A stretch of DNA of 63,992 bases, counting the filler, from Octopus bimaculoides (lineage: Eukaryota), in assembly GCF_001194135.2 (NCBI RefSeq). It is 5 parts of 5 records of this genome, joined end to end, with 100 filler letters (N's around TTAATTAATTAA, not from the genome) between each part and the next. Parts side by side here need not be neighbours in the genome. Positions count along the whole stretch, not along the records: positions 1 to 27,650 come from NC_069002.1; positions 27,751 to 55,240 come from NC_069000.1; 3 more parts are not named here. One strand, given 5' to 3'. The notes below the pieces were generated by a model. That model made no database searches. It worked only from the letters and a program-made list of their open reading frames with translations, and had not been told where the DNA came from. Each line of letters begins with the position of its first letter. Positions within the stretch are counted from its first letter, which is position 1. Of this stretch, positions 26,463 through 39,326 are shown piece by piece. Made by a program: the position numbers and the translations under genes.

Positions 26463-27650
26463 TATTTAATACAAGCACACACACAGCGCGCACATACACT
26501 GCACACACACACACACGCATTTTTCTTTGAAAACAAAAAAAATTACTTAATGTTGTAAAGATAATATCTATTTGGGATTCGAATATCCACTCCGAAGCTA
26601 CTCAGAGTTTCACGTATTTGTTGAGTGAAAACTCAGTTTTTCAGGCAATATTTGATAAACGAAGCAGTGTATTAGTAGAACAGCGTCGAAGTCAATTTTC
26701 ATTGGTTGATATGGATCCTGTGATCAAATAGGCCGTGGACCAGAAAGAACGTCGTTGCTTGCTAGACAACTGCAGTGTAAGGGAAAACACCCGGCATTGA
26801 GCTGTGAAGATCAAGGGGTAGTTACTCAGTAGGGCTTATCTCGTCAGTATGTTGTGGATATCTGATTCAGCGGTATTGCTGGCTGTTTTGATATGTGGAA
26901 CATTTCAGTTAGGAATAAACTGCAGCATCAGAGAGACGTGACTTTGTCAACGATCTTCCATATTATTGAGATTCGTTGCCTCCTTGAAATTTCCAAATGA
27001 ATTGGGCTGAGAGAGTTTTTTTTCCCTGTCGCTTGATCTGAATGAATATCGATAAAAACAGCTTTTAAATGAGTACGTGAGACCCGTATAATTCCTTCCC
27101 TTTCCGTACCGTCGGTTGTTACGAGAGGTGTTCTGTGTAGCACTGCTCTGAGGAAGTAAAAACCTCCCACGGAGAAGGCTGACGGGTATCTGAAGTTACA
27201 AAGTGGAGTGGGACTTTGTGCACGTTTTCGATTGTGGGTAACAATGGCAGTTATTTTCATTAAAATTTACCCGAAGTCCATCTACGCGTTCAAGAAACTG
27301 ACTTGCAGCATAGCGAATCAAAGTCCGTCAAGTAATGCGTATGGCGGCCATGCTACAGCTTTAACCGATAGACAATAGATGACCTTCACAAGATACTTGA
27401 AGTCCAGTATTGTTATAATGCTATGCATAGGGCGTTTTTCACGTCAAAACATCAGCTATATTGACAATTTATTACGGAAAAGGAATTAAAATAAATTGCT
27501 AATGCAAATCCGCGCTGTATGTCTTTGTTCATTTATCTTGTAAAGATTTGTAGAACATTCTCCCTCCCTCTCTTCCTTCCCCCCTCTCTCCCTCTTCCTC
27601 TCTCCCTTTGTCTCTGTATCTTTCTTTCTACTATATATATATATATATAT

Positions 27651-27750
27651 NNNNNNNNNNNNNNNNNNNNNNNNNNNNNNNNNNNNNNNNNNNNTTAATT
27701 AATTAANNNNNNNNNNNNNNNNNNNNNNNNNNNNNNNNNNNNNNNNNNNN
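27651..27750. other. Artificial 100 bp join spacer, 44N-TTAATTAATTAA-44N
   Basis: Exactly the same layout as at 55241, 60272 and 62655. Confidence 0.95.
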
Positions 27751-29260
27751 ACATAGTCCAAGGTATATTTGTAGAAAATTTCATTAAAAAATATCTATTT
27801 TCTTGAAAGTTAAGACGAATTGAATTGGACTCAGGTGAAATTTCCGAAATTCCTGACCCCAACCTCTCCTAAAACACTTCTCCCCTAAAATTTTGTATAT
27901 TCGGAATCTACATGATATAACACATATTCGTTGACAATTTCATAAAAAAATATCCATTTTTTTGAAAGTTATGATTATCCAAAGTCGAGGGTGCGGAAAT
28001 CTGTCGTTATGTCGATTCAAAAATACATAAAATGAGCTGATGAAGACTAATCAAATATACGGTAGCAAACGTATTTGAAGAGTCCGAAACCTAGGTACTA
28101 GATTATCCCAATTCTGGGTTGTCCATTTATATAATATCCTTCCTAAGGGAAGGATGAAATTTTTTATGTTTGCTGCTCTCACATGTCTTTGTCGGTATAT
28201 ATACACAGTGAAGCTTTACTATAGCGTCGTAAATATATCGACTGATATTTCCAGTAAACATTGGTGCTTTTACGGAGATGTACTTGCATAGCAAGTTACC
28301 TGATCTGAGATTGTGTGCTGGAACGAAAACAATTGCAGCGTGGAAGGTGTTTGTAAGCCATTTAAGAAACACACAAAAACCGTTAGATTCACTTCAACAT
28401 TGAAATTTAATCTGCCAAAATATTTTCGTCATCTTTTTTTGTTTGTATCAAGAAACAGCCGAAGAAGCCATCAACCTTGACTCTTTGGCCCATGCTGTGA
28501 AGCCTAGAGGTTGCTCTGTAATGCTTTGATAATTTGATAAATATATCTATTTCAAAAATTAGTATTCACTTCATTAATATTCATATACAATGAAACCTGA
28601 ATAAATTAAAATCAGAATTAATACTTCTATGTAACATTACCTCTTGCGACATATGTATTCCCAACATATCCCATTTTATGATGAGATATGAAGCAGACCC
28701 CTACCATTAACTATTGGAGATGTAACAAAATAGAAATCATTTCCTCATAAAATAACAGGTTATTGTTGTGAACAGGGCTCTTCTCAAGCATGACATAATG
28801 CTAAAGGTCTCAGTAATTTCTTCTGTGAGGCCCAACATTCGAAAGGAGCTTAGCTACTTTGCCTCCATAAGTCCCAATACTCAAAAATTGCTTTTTATGT
28901 GCCACCGGCATGGGTGTGCCAGTTACGTGAAACGAGCATCAGCTACGGGTCTTCTCAAGCATAACATATCCATCTGATTTTTATGTTGTTGTTTGGAACA
29001 GAATAACTATCACAACAACCTGTAATGCTGCCTACAGTCCTGTTCAATAATCTGTTATTTTATAAGGAAATGATTTCTATTTAATGTCTCCAATATTTAA
29101 TTGTAGGGGTCTGCTACAGACTGGCATTGATTTAATAGTATTTTAGAAGGTGTAAAGGAATTAAAAATTACTTTTATGCATTTGTGTACATTTAAGCTAA
29201 TTAAATATTATTTTACAGAATAAGAAAATTAAAATTTCTTTGATTAAAACCCTTTCTAAC

Positions 29261-30460
29261 ATGAAAGTATCCAAAGAATATTTGAGGCACATAATGCTGT
29301 ATGAGTACAAAAAAGGAAACTTTGCAGCCGAAGCGACTCGAAACATACACTCAGTTTTTGGGAAAGAATGCTTGAATGAAAGAACTTGCAGAAGATGGTT
29401 TGCAAAATTCAGAAGTGGTGATTTCAGCCTTGNNNNNNNNNNNNNNNNNNNNNNNNNNNNNNNNNNNNNNNNNNNNNNNNNNNNNNNNNNNNNNNNNNNN
29501 NNNNNNNNNNNNNNNNNNNNNNNNNNNNNNNNNNNNNNNNNNNNNNNNNNNNNNNNNNNNNNNNNNNNNNNNNNNNNNNNNNNNNNNNNNNNNNNNNNNN
29601 NNNNNNNNNNNNNNNNNNNNNNNNNNNNNNNNNNNNNNNNNNNNNNNNNNNNNNNNNNNNNNNNNNNNNNNNNNNNNNNNNNNNNNNNNNNNNNNNNNNN
29701 NNNNNNNNNNNNNNNNNNNNNNNNNNNNNNNNNNNNNNNNNNNNNNNNNNNNNNNNNNNNNNNNNNNNNNNNNNNNNNNNNNNNNNNNNNNNNNNNNNNN
29801 NNNNNNNNNNNNNNNNNNNNNNNNNNNNNNNNNNNNNNNNNNNNNNNNNNNNNNNNNNNNNNNNNNNNNNNNNNNNNNNNNNNNNNNNNNNNNNNNNNNN
29901 NNNNNNNNNNNNNNNNNNNNNNNNNNNNNNNNNNNNNNNNNNNNNNNNNNNNNNNNNNNNNNNNNNNNNNNNNNNNNNNNNNNNNNNNNNNNNNNNNNNN
30001 NNNNNNNNNNNNNNNNNNNNNNNNNNNNNNNNNNNNNNNNNNNNNNNNNNNNNNNNNNNNNNNNNNNNNNNNNNNNNNNNNNNNNNNNNNNNNNNNNNNN
30101 NNNNNNNNNNNNNNNNNNNNNNNNNNNNNNNNNNNNNNNNNNNNNNNNNNNNNNNNNNNNNNNNNNNNNNNNNNNNNNNNNNNNNNNNNNNNNNNNNNNN
30201 NNNNNNNNNNNNNNNNNNNNNNNNNNNNNNNNNNNNNNNNNNNNNNNNNNNNNNNNNNNNNNNNNNNNNNNNNNNNNACCATTTGTTTCGTAGTTTACAG
30301 AATCATTTGGGGGACATAACTTTCGCAGGAGGAGGTCGAAACTGACATTTCAGAGTTCTTCGCTTTGAAACCAAAAGAGTTTTACATTGATGGGATTAAA
30401 AAGCTTGTAAATAGACGGAAGGAAGTCATAGATAATCAGGGAAAGTACATTGATGATTAA
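29261..30460 (+). mobile_element. Mariner transposase remnant (middle in N gap; frameshift near the C-terminus)
   Basis: N-terminal HTH MKVSKEYLRHIMLYEYKKGNFAAEATRNIHSVFGKECLNERTCRRWFAKFRSGDFSL; after the gap YHLFRSLQNHL...EEVETDISEFFALKPKEFYIDGIKKLVNRRKEVIDNQGKYIDD-stop, with a frameshift. Confidence 0.92.
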
Positions 30461-30787
30461 ATTTCTTCTCTCCGTGTATAAATTTTTATACATTCTTATA
30501 TCATAAAAATATTTGTATTCTGACTTTTATTACGCATGCTAACCACTGGTATAAATTATTAATTTAATAATTTTTTCCCTTATATATATATATATATATA
30601 TCTGAATGTGTGATCATTTGCATGTATATATATATAAAGCAACAAGAAGATTCAATTGAAGCTGTTTTGCAAAATATTTATTGATACGTAAGCGCCATTT
30701 TCTTTTCTTCTTATTAAACTTTATGTACCATGTTGTACAAGATACACCAGTGCATCTATATGTATGTATGTATGTATATATATATAT

Positions 30788-30849
<62 letters not shown>

Positions 30850-31305
30850 TGTATATGCATGTGTGTGTGTGTTTTTATGTGTGCATGTGCATATATATAT
30901 GTGTGTGTGTGTACATATACACACACACACACACATATATACATATATACCATTATGTATCTTACTGGAAACAACTAGGATTTGAAACTGGAATGCAATC
31001 TCTGCAATTTGCAATAAGGATTTCTAAATGAGCCATAAGGCAAAACATTTCCTTGGAGAGTAGTCAATGCTATCGAGATTTTTGTCATCCTTCTTGGTAC
31101 TTCACTGGTACTTTGAGTTTATTTTTCCAGCAAGGGGTGAAAGGCAAATTTGTGCTGGCAGGATTTGATCTCACAATTAGATGCTCATGAATTTTATTTA
31201 GGCATTTTTTTCAGACACACTCCAATTTTCCCACTTTATTAATAATAATAATAATAATAATAAACAATAATAATAATACAAATAAATAATAATAATAATA
31301 ATAAT

Positions 31306-31750
31306 ACTTTCTATTATAGGCACAAGGCCTGAAATTTTGGGGAAGGGGACTAGTCTATTACATCGACCCCAGTGTGTAACTGGTACTTATTTCATCGACC
31401 CTAAAAGGATGAAAGGCAAAGTTGGCCTTGGTAGAATTTGAACTCAGAATGTAGCGACGGGCGAAACACTTAAGCATTTTGTCCAGCGTGCTAACGATTC
31501 TGCCAACTTAATTGTAGTAATAGTAATAATGAATGATGATTTCAAATTTTGGTACAAGGCCAGCAATTTCAAAGGAAGGGATGTCAATTACATTGACCCC
31601 TGTTCTCAACTGGTACTTAATTAATCGACCCCCGTAAGGATGAAAGACAAAGTGAACCTTGATGGAATTTGAAATCAGAATGTGAAGTCACAAGAAATGC
31701 GTCTAAGCATTTTTTTTCCAGCATGGTAATGATTCTGCCAGCTCGCTGCC

Positions 31751-31793
<43 letters not shown>

Positions 31794-32017
31794 TAATGAT
31801 AATCTTTTCTACTAAAAGCACAAGGCCTGAAATTTGTGGGGAGGGGGATAGTAGATTACATCGATCCCAGTGCTTAACTGGTCCTTATTTCATCAACCCT
31901 GAAAGGATGAAAGGCAGAGTTGACCGCGGCAGAATTTGAACTCAGAACATAAAGACAGACAAAATGCCACTAGGCATTTTGCCTGGCATGCTAACAATTC
32001 TGCAAGCTTACTACCTT
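31306..32017 (-). mobile_element. Three consecutive SINE family A copies with (AAT)n-type spacers
   Basis: 31306-31508, 31538-31752 and 31804-32017, each with GGATGAAAG.CA.AGT..ACC...GAATTTGAA.TCAGAA; a further decayed copy near 31110-31230. Confidence 0.85.
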
Positions 32018-32153
32018 GATGATGATTGATAATAATAATAATAATAATAAGAATAATAATAATGACAATGATGATAGATAATTACAAAAAAAAATGCCTA
32101 ACCTTGCACATCAAAAAAAAAAAAACTCACACAAAATATAAAAGGAAGAGTAC

Positions 32154-32210
<57 letters not shown>

Positions 32211-32842
32211 GAAAAAAAAACAAAAAAAAAAAAAACAAAGGATCAGTTTCACATTAATATTGCAGTCGTTACCATAGCGAAGCAGCATTATCAGATTGTT
32301 CAATCACTGACAATTGATATATAGATATATATTTTTTTTCAGTATTATCACCTCTGTATAAACAATGGTGTTTGCAATCACATAATATTGATTTTCCTTT
32401 TGGTGTTTGCATGGTTATATAATAATGTGTATAATATATATATATATATACATACATATATATATAATCTGTGTGTGTATTTATACATGTAATGCCTATG
32501 TATGTATATATGTGTGTGTGTATGCATATGTAATTATGTATTTGTATTTGTGGTGTGGAATATGGTCAAGAGAGGCAGGAATGGTGCCCGTAGCCCCCCC
32601 CCCCGCAACTCTATCCTCTTAGGAACTGGAGATAGAATTTACAATGAGATTAGCGTGTATAGAAAATACACATGCACACGCACACACACATTATCTTTTT
32701 GAGATGAATGTATAACATATATGCATGTTTCCAATCATAAATTTACATCCATGTTTGTATAGGTTCCACTATACATATATATATATATATATTTACACAC
32801 ACTGTATAATTAATGTACGTAATACTTGTGTGTGTTTGTGTG

Positions 32843-32922
<80 letters not shown>

Positions 32923-33788
32923 CATGTACGCCGTATATTTAATGTACATAATTCATGTGAGTGTTTGTGTGTTTTTATACACACATACATATATATACAT
33001 GCTTAGAATATATAATATTGTAGAACGTTTTTAATTTGTTAAGCTGAGTAATAGCAAGGGAGACAACCATTGTAACCTTTGCAGTCTGCCCTCAGCCTGA
33101 CTGGAGCAAGTTCGATCGACACCAGTTCGAGTTCCTGCGGGGTGAAGGGTGTCATCGACTGCATTAGGAGTGGGACAGGGGAGGATAGGAAGGAGAGACG
33201 AGGAAAGCGCACGGTGTTGGTGGGGGGCGGGGTGAGTCGGGTTATAGACAGTTTTAGTAGGGATAGATGTGTGCTGGAAATTTGGGGAAGTTTGAAATGA
33301 TGAGGTCTTTGCTGTTGTTAGGGTTGGTAGTGATTTGTGGCTGGGAGGAGGAGGAAAAAAAGGGACAAATTTCTGAGACAGACAACGGTGGTGGTAGTGA
33401 AAGTGGTAATGGTAGGTGATAGCAGGGCCGGGTGAGATGGGTCTAAATGTGAGTGAGAAAGAGAGAGAATGGTGGACTGTCCACAAGTCCAGATTGACCT
33501 TCGGAGAGAGAGAGAAGAAGAAGAGAGACAGAGAGAGTTAATATTGCAGACAGAAGTGGGGGGTGGGGGTGGGGGTGAAAAGTAATACTGGGAGACAACT
33601 TAAGACAAAGAAAGAGAGATAATACTGCAAAGAGAAAAAGAGAGGGAGAGAGAGAGACCTAAAACAGGGTGATAGTTTGAAGGAAGGAGAGATGAAAGAG
33701 AGGAGAGAGAGAGATAGAGATAATACTGGCTGGTAGTTTGAGAGAAAGAAAGAGAAGATAGGGAGGAGAGAAGAAAACACTGGGAAAT

Positions 33789-33842
<54 letters not shown>

Positions 33843-34157
33843 CAGAGACACACACACACACAGATAGATAACACTTAGAAGCAGTCACCAAAGGAAAGAG
33901 AGAGATAAAACACATCTCTTTCTCCATCCACACATTAGCATCAGTGACCAGGGAGTAGTGGTCAGGTGGATTATGTCGGTTGCCAAATGGTTGGGTGTTC
34001 TGTTTGGTTATATATACCCGGGTACAGCCTAGAACATGCATTGTATGTAGAATGTAGTGTATTTAAGTGTGTATACACATACTTATACACGTCCATGTAT
34101 GTGTATGTATATATTCATTTGTATATACGTGTGTGTATGTGCATATGTATGTATGTG

Positions 34158-34195
<38 letters not shown>

Positions 34196-34515
34196 TGTAT
34201 GCCTATATATATATGTACATGCAAGAACAGAAGTTTATGTTTTTGTGTGTGTATGTGTGCGTATATTTACATATACACACATATTTTATACATATACACA
34301 CATATATGCATCATTCTAATGAGAAAAGGGGAAAAAAAATGATTTTTTAAATCAAAAGAAAAAAAATCAACAACAAACAAAAAATACGAAACAGAGAGGG
34401 AAAGAGGGAGAGAAAAAGAGAGGGAATGAGAAAGAAAGAAGCAGGAAAGAGGAGGGAGGAGGAGTTGGTGCTGCACTCATGTTTTTTGTTGTTGCTAGTT
34501 GTTATTGTTGTTGTG

Positions 34516-34842
34516 TTATATAGTCCTGTCAGAAGCAAGCTCTCCTGCGATGGAAGCAGTGTCGGCTGAGGTGCTTTCCACTTTGACATACGTCTGCATC
34601 AGTTGCTGAATCTCCTCCCAGAGGGGTTCACACAACTTTTGGTAGCCGGTCCTTGTGAAGTGAAGGTAGTCGTACATATCATGATGGCTGATGGTCCCGT
34701 TTACATGGTTAACAAATGAATGCTCGTCGACGTGCAGGTAGCTGGCGTTGGGCACTGAACTGACCTGTGTTGAGAGCAGCTTGTTGATCTGTTTTATCTT
34801 GTCTCTCAATGGGTTTGGAAACTTACCCCGTGGTGGGATACC
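34516..34842 (-). CDS. PAFAH1B2: PAFAH1B2/B3-family last coding exon with DxxH catalytic motif and stop
   Basis: ttctttcag acceptor then GIPPRGKFPNPLRDKIKQIN...GTISHHDMYDYLHFTRTGYQKLCEPL...SDRTI-TAA; matches human GLLPRGEKPNPLR...ISCHDMFDFLHLT. Confidence 0.96.
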   Translation of the reverse strand, partial: GIPPRGKFPNPLRDKIKQINKLLSTQVSSVPNASYLHVDEHSFVNHVNGTISHHDMYDYLHFTRTGYQKLCEPLWEEIQQLMQTYVKVESTSADTASIAGELASDRTI

Positions 34843-35485
34843 CTGAAAGAAAGGAAACAAAAATATTTTTATCATCATCGTAACATCCTCTTCTTTTCCA
34901 TGCTAGCATGGATCAGCCAGAGCTTATCGAGGCAGACTTATCAAGGTGCAACTTTGGCGTGTGAACTACAACTTCAAGGCTGATTATTTTAGGTTAACAT
35001 AGTTTCTTTACATTGCAGAATTCACGGCTGCCAAACTTGTGTGATCTATGCGCTTATTTGAATTATTAATTATCTTGTTTATTCTTGGTTTCTTATTATC
35101 ATTTACAAAGACATAAATGAAACATGGTTTTATTATTATTAAAAAGTAAGAATTTTGAAAAAATACCTTTACAATGCTAAGTATGAACACAAGAATTTGC
35201 AAAAAATCCATAGCCAACATGTTAACCCTTTCGTTACCAACATGCCTGAATCTGGCTCTAGCTCTGTAGTACTAACGTTTTGTTTTCATAAGTTTTGAAT
35301 TAAAATCTTGATTTTCTTTGCTTTCTATGAAGTGGAGTTGTATGTTAATTTAGATGCGAACTATCTTCAACTTCAGAATTTTCTTGGAGTGTAATCAATG
35401 TGCAGTAAAAAGCGTACGATACACGATGGCGACTGGATAGGAATGGGGACTATTCAATAGCCATGTGAGGCTCAAAGATCCTTAC

Positions 35486-35608
35486 CATAACTATTATATT
35501 ACTTTGAGGTTGTTTCTCAGCGATTGTCTGAGCGATCTTCATGATTCCTTCACAGACTTCTTCAGCAGTGTGGTCATGGTTGTTGGTTCCAACCAAAATA
35601 ACGATTAT
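35486..35608 (-). CDS. PAFAH1B2: PAFAH1B2/B3-family coding exon (GTNN block); not in the supplied ORF track
   Basis: 123 nt phase 0-0 exon, ttttctag acceptor and gtaagg donor; IIVILVGTNNHDHTAEEVCEGIMKIAQTIAEKQPQSNIIVM vs human VIVVWVGTNNHENTAEEVAGGIEAIV. Confidence 0.96.
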
Positions 35609-36289
35609 CTAGAAAAGAAGAGAGAAAATCATTAATGGAAACTGTAAAAAGCCCATTGCATAGGGGCGTGTGTGTGTGAGATGTTTTACTTTTGTCTTGT
35701 GCAAGCACTAATTGTTAACAAAACTTCACCATTCATTGAAACAGTGTTGATTGTTTACAATCCTCCAAAAAAGCAGGAGCGGCCATTCATGTTGTTTGTT
35801 GTTTGAAGGACTTGAAAGAAATATTACCTTCTTTGCTTGCAAACAGGAGAGGCAACAAGAAAAGCATTGAACCATACGAAAATCCAGCCTCAAGTTTCAT
35901 CTGATTCATGCGAGTATGAAAAAAATGACCGTTTAAAAACCGAAACAATGATGATGGTAAAATTAATGGTGCTTAGATCTCATGGAGCAAAAATATTTTG
36001 TGGTAAATACAAGAGAGGTTGATAATTTTGTGTTTGTCTATTGAGATTTACCATATTTCTTGGAAAATATGGTAAATCAACTAGAAAATTTTGGAAGAAA
36101 AAGATAAACCTAAAAAACAAGGCTTCACATTCTTTACAAAGAGGTTTTATTGGGGACACTGCAATCCAGTTGGTTACTCATTGCCTGGATTTTATCTTCT
36201 ATACTTTTAATCAATATAGGGATTAAATAAGCTGCATAAAGAAGGGATTAAACAGCTACACAAAGAAGTATCAGTCTCCAGTTGCAGAA

Positions 36290-36690
36290 GGAATCTGTCG
36301 AAGAGGAAGATCTAGGAAAACATGGGACAAGATGGTGAAATGTGATCTTCGGATGTTAAGTCTCACAAAGGCCATGACAAGTGACTGAGACTTCTGGTGG
36401 ACTGCTGTGTTTGAGAAGACACGTGAAGCTAAGTGAAATTGTGGTCGTGGCTAGAGGTGGTGGTGCATGAAAGGTACCCGTGATGGTGGCTTGTAAAAGA
36501 CACCTGTTCCAATGTCACATAAATCACACCTGTTACACTCTGGAAGGGTTGGTGTTAGGGGCATTCAGCTGTAGAAACCAAGCCAAAACAGACTGGAGCC
36601 TGGTGCAGGTCTCCAAGCTTACCATCTTTAGTCAAACCCATCTAACCATGCCAGCATGGAAGACGAACATTATATGACGATGACGATGAA
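36290..36690 (+). mobile_element. Decayed RTE LINE 3' end
   Basis: Aligns by eye to 47040-47712 (AGAGGAAG..AGGAA.ACATGG; GCCAGCATGGAA; GACGATGACGATGA tail). Confidence 0.8.
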
Positions 36691-37014
36691 ACTCACTTCT
36701 GGGATTAAAATTGGCCTATGAAAAAATAACCTGTCTCCTCTAAGATTCATCATATATTTGTATATTTTTGAAACTTTATTCATTTATTTTATATCCCATC
36801 TGTTTTCCCAAAGAATCATGTCGGTGTGTATACATATGGAGATGTGCATGTGTGCGTGCGTATATTTGGAGGCGTGAGTATGTGTGTATGTCAGTAGTTC
36901 TATGTGTGTATATGAATGTAAGTATGTGTTGGTGTGTGTTTGTGTACGTATACATATATACATACACACACATATACAGAGACACATGTAAAAAGCACCT
37001 TTTGAGCATTGGGC

Positions 37015-37320
37015 CTCATGGAGGAAATGACAAATGACAGACCTTCAGCAATATGCTGTGCTTGAGTAGAAGACCCATCAAGCCAAGTGAAATCATAGTA
37101 GTGGCAGATACTGGTGTCACACAACTGGCACCCATGTTGGTGGCACATAAAAGCACCCATTACATTCTTGGAGTGGTTGCTGTTAGGAAGGGCATCAAGC
37201 TGTAGAAATCATGCCAAATCAGACTGGAGTCTGGTGCAACCTTCCAGCTGGCCAGCCCTGGTCAAACCATCCAACCCATGCCAGCATGGACAATGGACAT
37301 TAAATGATGATGATGATGTA
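37015..37320 (+). mobile_element. Decayed RTE LINE 3' end
   Basis: Same 3' UTR blocks (AAAAGCACCC, GGAAGGGCATC, CCAACCCATGCCAGCATGGA, GATGATGATG tail). Confidence 0.8.
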
Positions 37321-37378
37321 TGTATATATATACACACACAAACATGTATGTATAAATGCATTTACCAAATGAACTTAC

Positions 37379-37495
37379 TTTTGGCTGAATGTCATTCAGT
37401 TCCCCATTACATATCCTCCACAGTAAGTTCTGTGTCTGGTCACCTCCGATACTAAAGTTCAATGAGTGCAGTGGTTCAAACATCTTGCACCAAAC
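37379..37495 (-). CDS. PAFAH1B2: PAFAH1B2/B3-family coding exon
   Basis: 117 nt phase 0-0 exon, ttcag acceptor and gtaagt donor; VWCKMFEPLHSLNFSIGGDQTQNLLWRICNGELNDIQPK vs human IWRELFSPLHALNFGIGGDTTRHVLWRLKNGELENIKPK. Confidence 0.96.
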
Positions 37496-38504
37496 CTGAA
37501 ATTATTAAAGTAGAGGGTCAGATACGCCAAAGATTAATGAGAGGTTTCAGATGATTTCAAAACTTGAAAGAAACATGACTAGTCATGTATTAAATCTGAA
37601 CAAATACATAAGCATAAATCTACACTTTCCATATGTTATTGACCATTTTGCCAGGAATGCATGAAACTAAACATCTGTATAAGCATAAGCCTCTTAGAAT
37701 TTAGAAAAGTGCAGTAAGAAAAAGCATTTGTTTTGAAATGCGTTTACAAAAAATAAAAAGGGTTGAAACAAACAGAATTTTGTAAGAGAACAACAATTTT
37801 CAAAGTGATTTCCCTTGAATCACGTTTGAATTTTGTATGCATTTATAAGTAAAAGCATCTAAAGAATGAAATTAACTATGGTCCTTGATGATGTAAAGTA
37901 AGCATTAGTGTTTTATCCCTATTGTTTCTGGAACCAACTGTTTTCAGTTTGTATATTTACATATGCAATTATATGTCTAAATGCATGTTGCTCAATGTCT
38001 GTGTGCATATATGCATGGGAACATCTGCATGCTTATATATATATATGTCTTAACCATTCACTAAAAGATTGAATAACGTAAATTTGTAATAGAAAAATGC
38101 AAGGATGGTATAGAAAATGTGATTCCTGCGAACAAGGAATGAGAGGGAAAACGTGATCTTCAAACAGCTGTTCTTATAAGTATCATTTGCCCATCTCTTT
38201 TTCATTTTTTCTTTTTTATATATATATATATATATAAAAATATAGAGATAAGCGTTTCTTGATAGCTTTCATATAATATTTCAATACATATTCAAACATC
38301 AGATAATTTAAGAAGCAATAGGATTGGATTACCAGCTGAAAGAGCAGAAATGTGGAATTTGGAGTACAGGAAATTATGAACAGTTCAGTTGTAATGTATT
38401 AAAAATAATCTACATTTACTCACCAAGTTCTGTAATTCATTGCTTCTCGGTGAATCAAGAGAAAGTAACTATATTCATTCATTCATTCGTTTTTTTTTTT
38501 TGTG

Positions 38505-38885
38505 AAAGAAGTGCTGGGGAACTGTGGAAGAGGTAGACCCAGGAAGATGGAGATGAAGTGGTGAAGCATGATCTTTGAATGTTGGGCCTCACAGAGGCAA
38601 TGACCAATGACCAAGACCTTTGGCAACATGCTGTGCTTGAGTAGAAGACCCATCAAGCCAAGTGACATCATAGTCATGGCCAATGCCAGTGTCATGTAAC
38701 TGGCACCTCTGCTGGTGGCATGTAAAAGCTCCCATTACACTCTGTAAAGTGGTTGGTGTTAGGAAGGGTAACCAGCCATAGAAACCATGCCAAATTAGAC
38801 TGGAGCGTGGTGCAGCTCCTCAGCTTACCAATCCTGGTCAAACCGTCCAACCCATACCAGCATGGACAATGGACATTAAGTGACA
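38505..38885 (+). mobile_element. Decayed RTE LINE 3' end
   Basis: GGAAGAGGTAGACCCAGGAAGA..GG (GRGRPRK.W) followed by the same UTR blocks. Confidence 0.82.
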
Positions 38886-39312
38886 ATGTTTTTCATGCTA
38901 GCATGGATCAGAGGAGTAGATCATTGAAATGTTTCACAAAATGCCCTTCTTGTTGCTAACTCTCATTCATTTAACAGATAAATGTTATTCTACATATCTC
39001 TGAAGTTACAAAACCAGTGGATAGTCCATTGGCAGTGGACTGAAAACTGCATAACTGCCCTGTAACTGAATGGTTTTCAGAGAAATGCAAACAAACACAC
39101 ACAGCACATGTACATGCACACACACACACAACAGGCTTCTTTAGTTTCTGTCTACCAAACCAAATTACAAGGCTTTGGTTGGAATTGGGCTGTAGGAGAA
39201 GACACAAGAGCAAGGTGCCATATCAGCAAACATCTTAATCATGCCACTTTTTTCTCTTTGGTATTTCCCATTGATAATGGCTAAGGGGCTAGTAACATTG
39301 ATTTCTGGGAAT

Positions 39313-39326
39313 CCAGCAGGTGGCAG
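39313..39326 (+). promoter_or_regulatory. Candidate CTCF core motif in a PAFAH1B intron
   Basis: CCAGCAGGTGGCAG matches CCASYAGRKGGCRS at every position, in non-repeat intronic sequence. Confidence 0.4.

Noticed and set aside
26600-27300. Possible ancient Gypsy protease-region remnant on the minus strand (LVTTDGT..., LEISRRQR..IVDKVTSL, LLSNYPLIF)
   Set aside because: The resemblance is loose, with no intact D(T/S)G motif; it needs blastx before it can be called.
27695-27706. TTAATTAATTAA as a biological site (PacI-like or piggyBac TTAA)
   Set aside because: It is centred between exactly 44 N on each side four times, so it is an assembly linker.
33031-33486. 151 aa minus-strand ORF
   Set aside because: Largely low-complexity, with no recognisable domain or splice context; probably part of an unclassified repeat.
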